Shown piece after piece: positions 62,999-64,000 of a DNA stretch of 64,000 nucleotides. A model generated the notes under the pieces. That model searched no databases, had not been told where the DNA came from, and saw only the letters and a program-made list of their open reading frames with translations. Each line of letters starts with the position of its first letter. Position 1 is the stretch's first letter. Source of the stretch: Octopus vulgaris (lineage: Eukaryota); contig OX597815.1 of NCBI GenBank assembly GCA_951406725.2, forward strand, positions 16,430,001 to 16,494,000, in the 5' to 3' direction. A program made the translations under genes and the position numbers.

Positions 62999-64000
62999 AA
63001 TCATTCTTATATCTTAAGTTGAAAACAATCACATTTATGTTGGGTATAGTAAGTTGAGACGGTGTACCTTAGCTGCTATTTCTGAAATACTTAAGATATC
63101 ACTAGAAGGTACTATACAAGTAGGTACCTGTTGACGCGGCTTGATGAAGGGGCTCTGTCAATAAAATCAAAAGATTTCTCCATTTCTCTTTAGGAAATTA
63201 TAGGATGTCACTGTGTCCGGGATCTTTTCTGTTTGGCTGCATTTTTCAATTTCTCCAGTTTTGTTATAATTTATTTCAAATTTAGTGTATTAATGTAGTT
63301 TTGTATACTCATTATTGACATGAAATTTATTTTCGCCATAAGTCAATAAGTAAACAGTTAATAGCTTTTAAAGTTTATAAATTTTGGGTACGTTTAGCCA
63401 CTCGAAAGCCACAGTGTCTAGCCAAGCGCTAGAAAAGTGTTTCAGAAAAACTACGTGTGTTTACAAACTGATATTTTACACTGTGTTTTTCTGCCTGCAC
63501 CCATCTTTTTCTGCTCTTAAAACAACAAAATATGTGTTGTTTACTCCTTTTTAAAGTCATTTTTCGCTTATTAACTGCTTAAAACACGTGCCTTCGTACA
63601 ATGCTGACATTGTTTTGTTGTGTTTACGATTGCAGTCACGCATAAAATGACAGCTTCCAAATCCTGTTTTCAGATTGGGTAGAAATTATCAAGCTTTAAA
63701 CATCTGAATTTTTTTTTAATTAATTTCTGGAACAAGTGAATTAGGTATTGAGAGTCAGCGTGAAATATTACATCAATACACCAAATCTGAAAATTTTCAC
63801 TTAACTTAAAATTTTTTTTAATGCAGCTGAACAAAAATGATCTGTCGTTACTTCCGGTCAATTTACATTAATTTTTTTCTAGCCCCATAAACTACATGAT
63901 AACCCTTTATTTTACCGTTTCCTGAGGTATGAACGGCTGGCTTTACCTCCGCAAGACTTCTAAATACAGGCATTTTGTCTGATGCTATAACGATTTTGCC

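Overview
AT-rich, repeat-dense eukaryotic (animal) genomic DNA. The tRNA-derived SINE families and microsatellite load resemble octopus/coleoid cephalopod DNA; this is an inference from recall, not a search. The only host coding sequence I can support is two spliced minus-strand exons (11249-10937 and 1393-1347). Joined in phase, they give a polyproline N-terminus followed by a DEP-domain-like motif (RFIGIQLVEWL). There is also a probable upstream 5'UTR exon near 24.1-24.6 kb and a possible plus-strand promoter/first exon near 37.0-37.3 kb. The rest is mobile DNA: four SINE families, RTE, R4/Dong and CR1/L2-like LINE fragments, a mariner, hAT and pogo-like MITEs, GGATC-ended MITEs carrying TTAGGG repeats, Helitrons and many Penelope-like element (PLE) remnants. 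The most striking signal is a set of short, often fold-back, mostly (TA)n-embedded PLE-type elements carrying minimal hammerhead ribozyme motifs. Several have non-canonical cores (G3:C8 covariation, fixed A6U and U4C), and one sits about 19 nt from the gene's splice donor. A possible HDV-like ribozyme starts another repeat family. Most listed ORFs are microsatellite or repeat artefacts.
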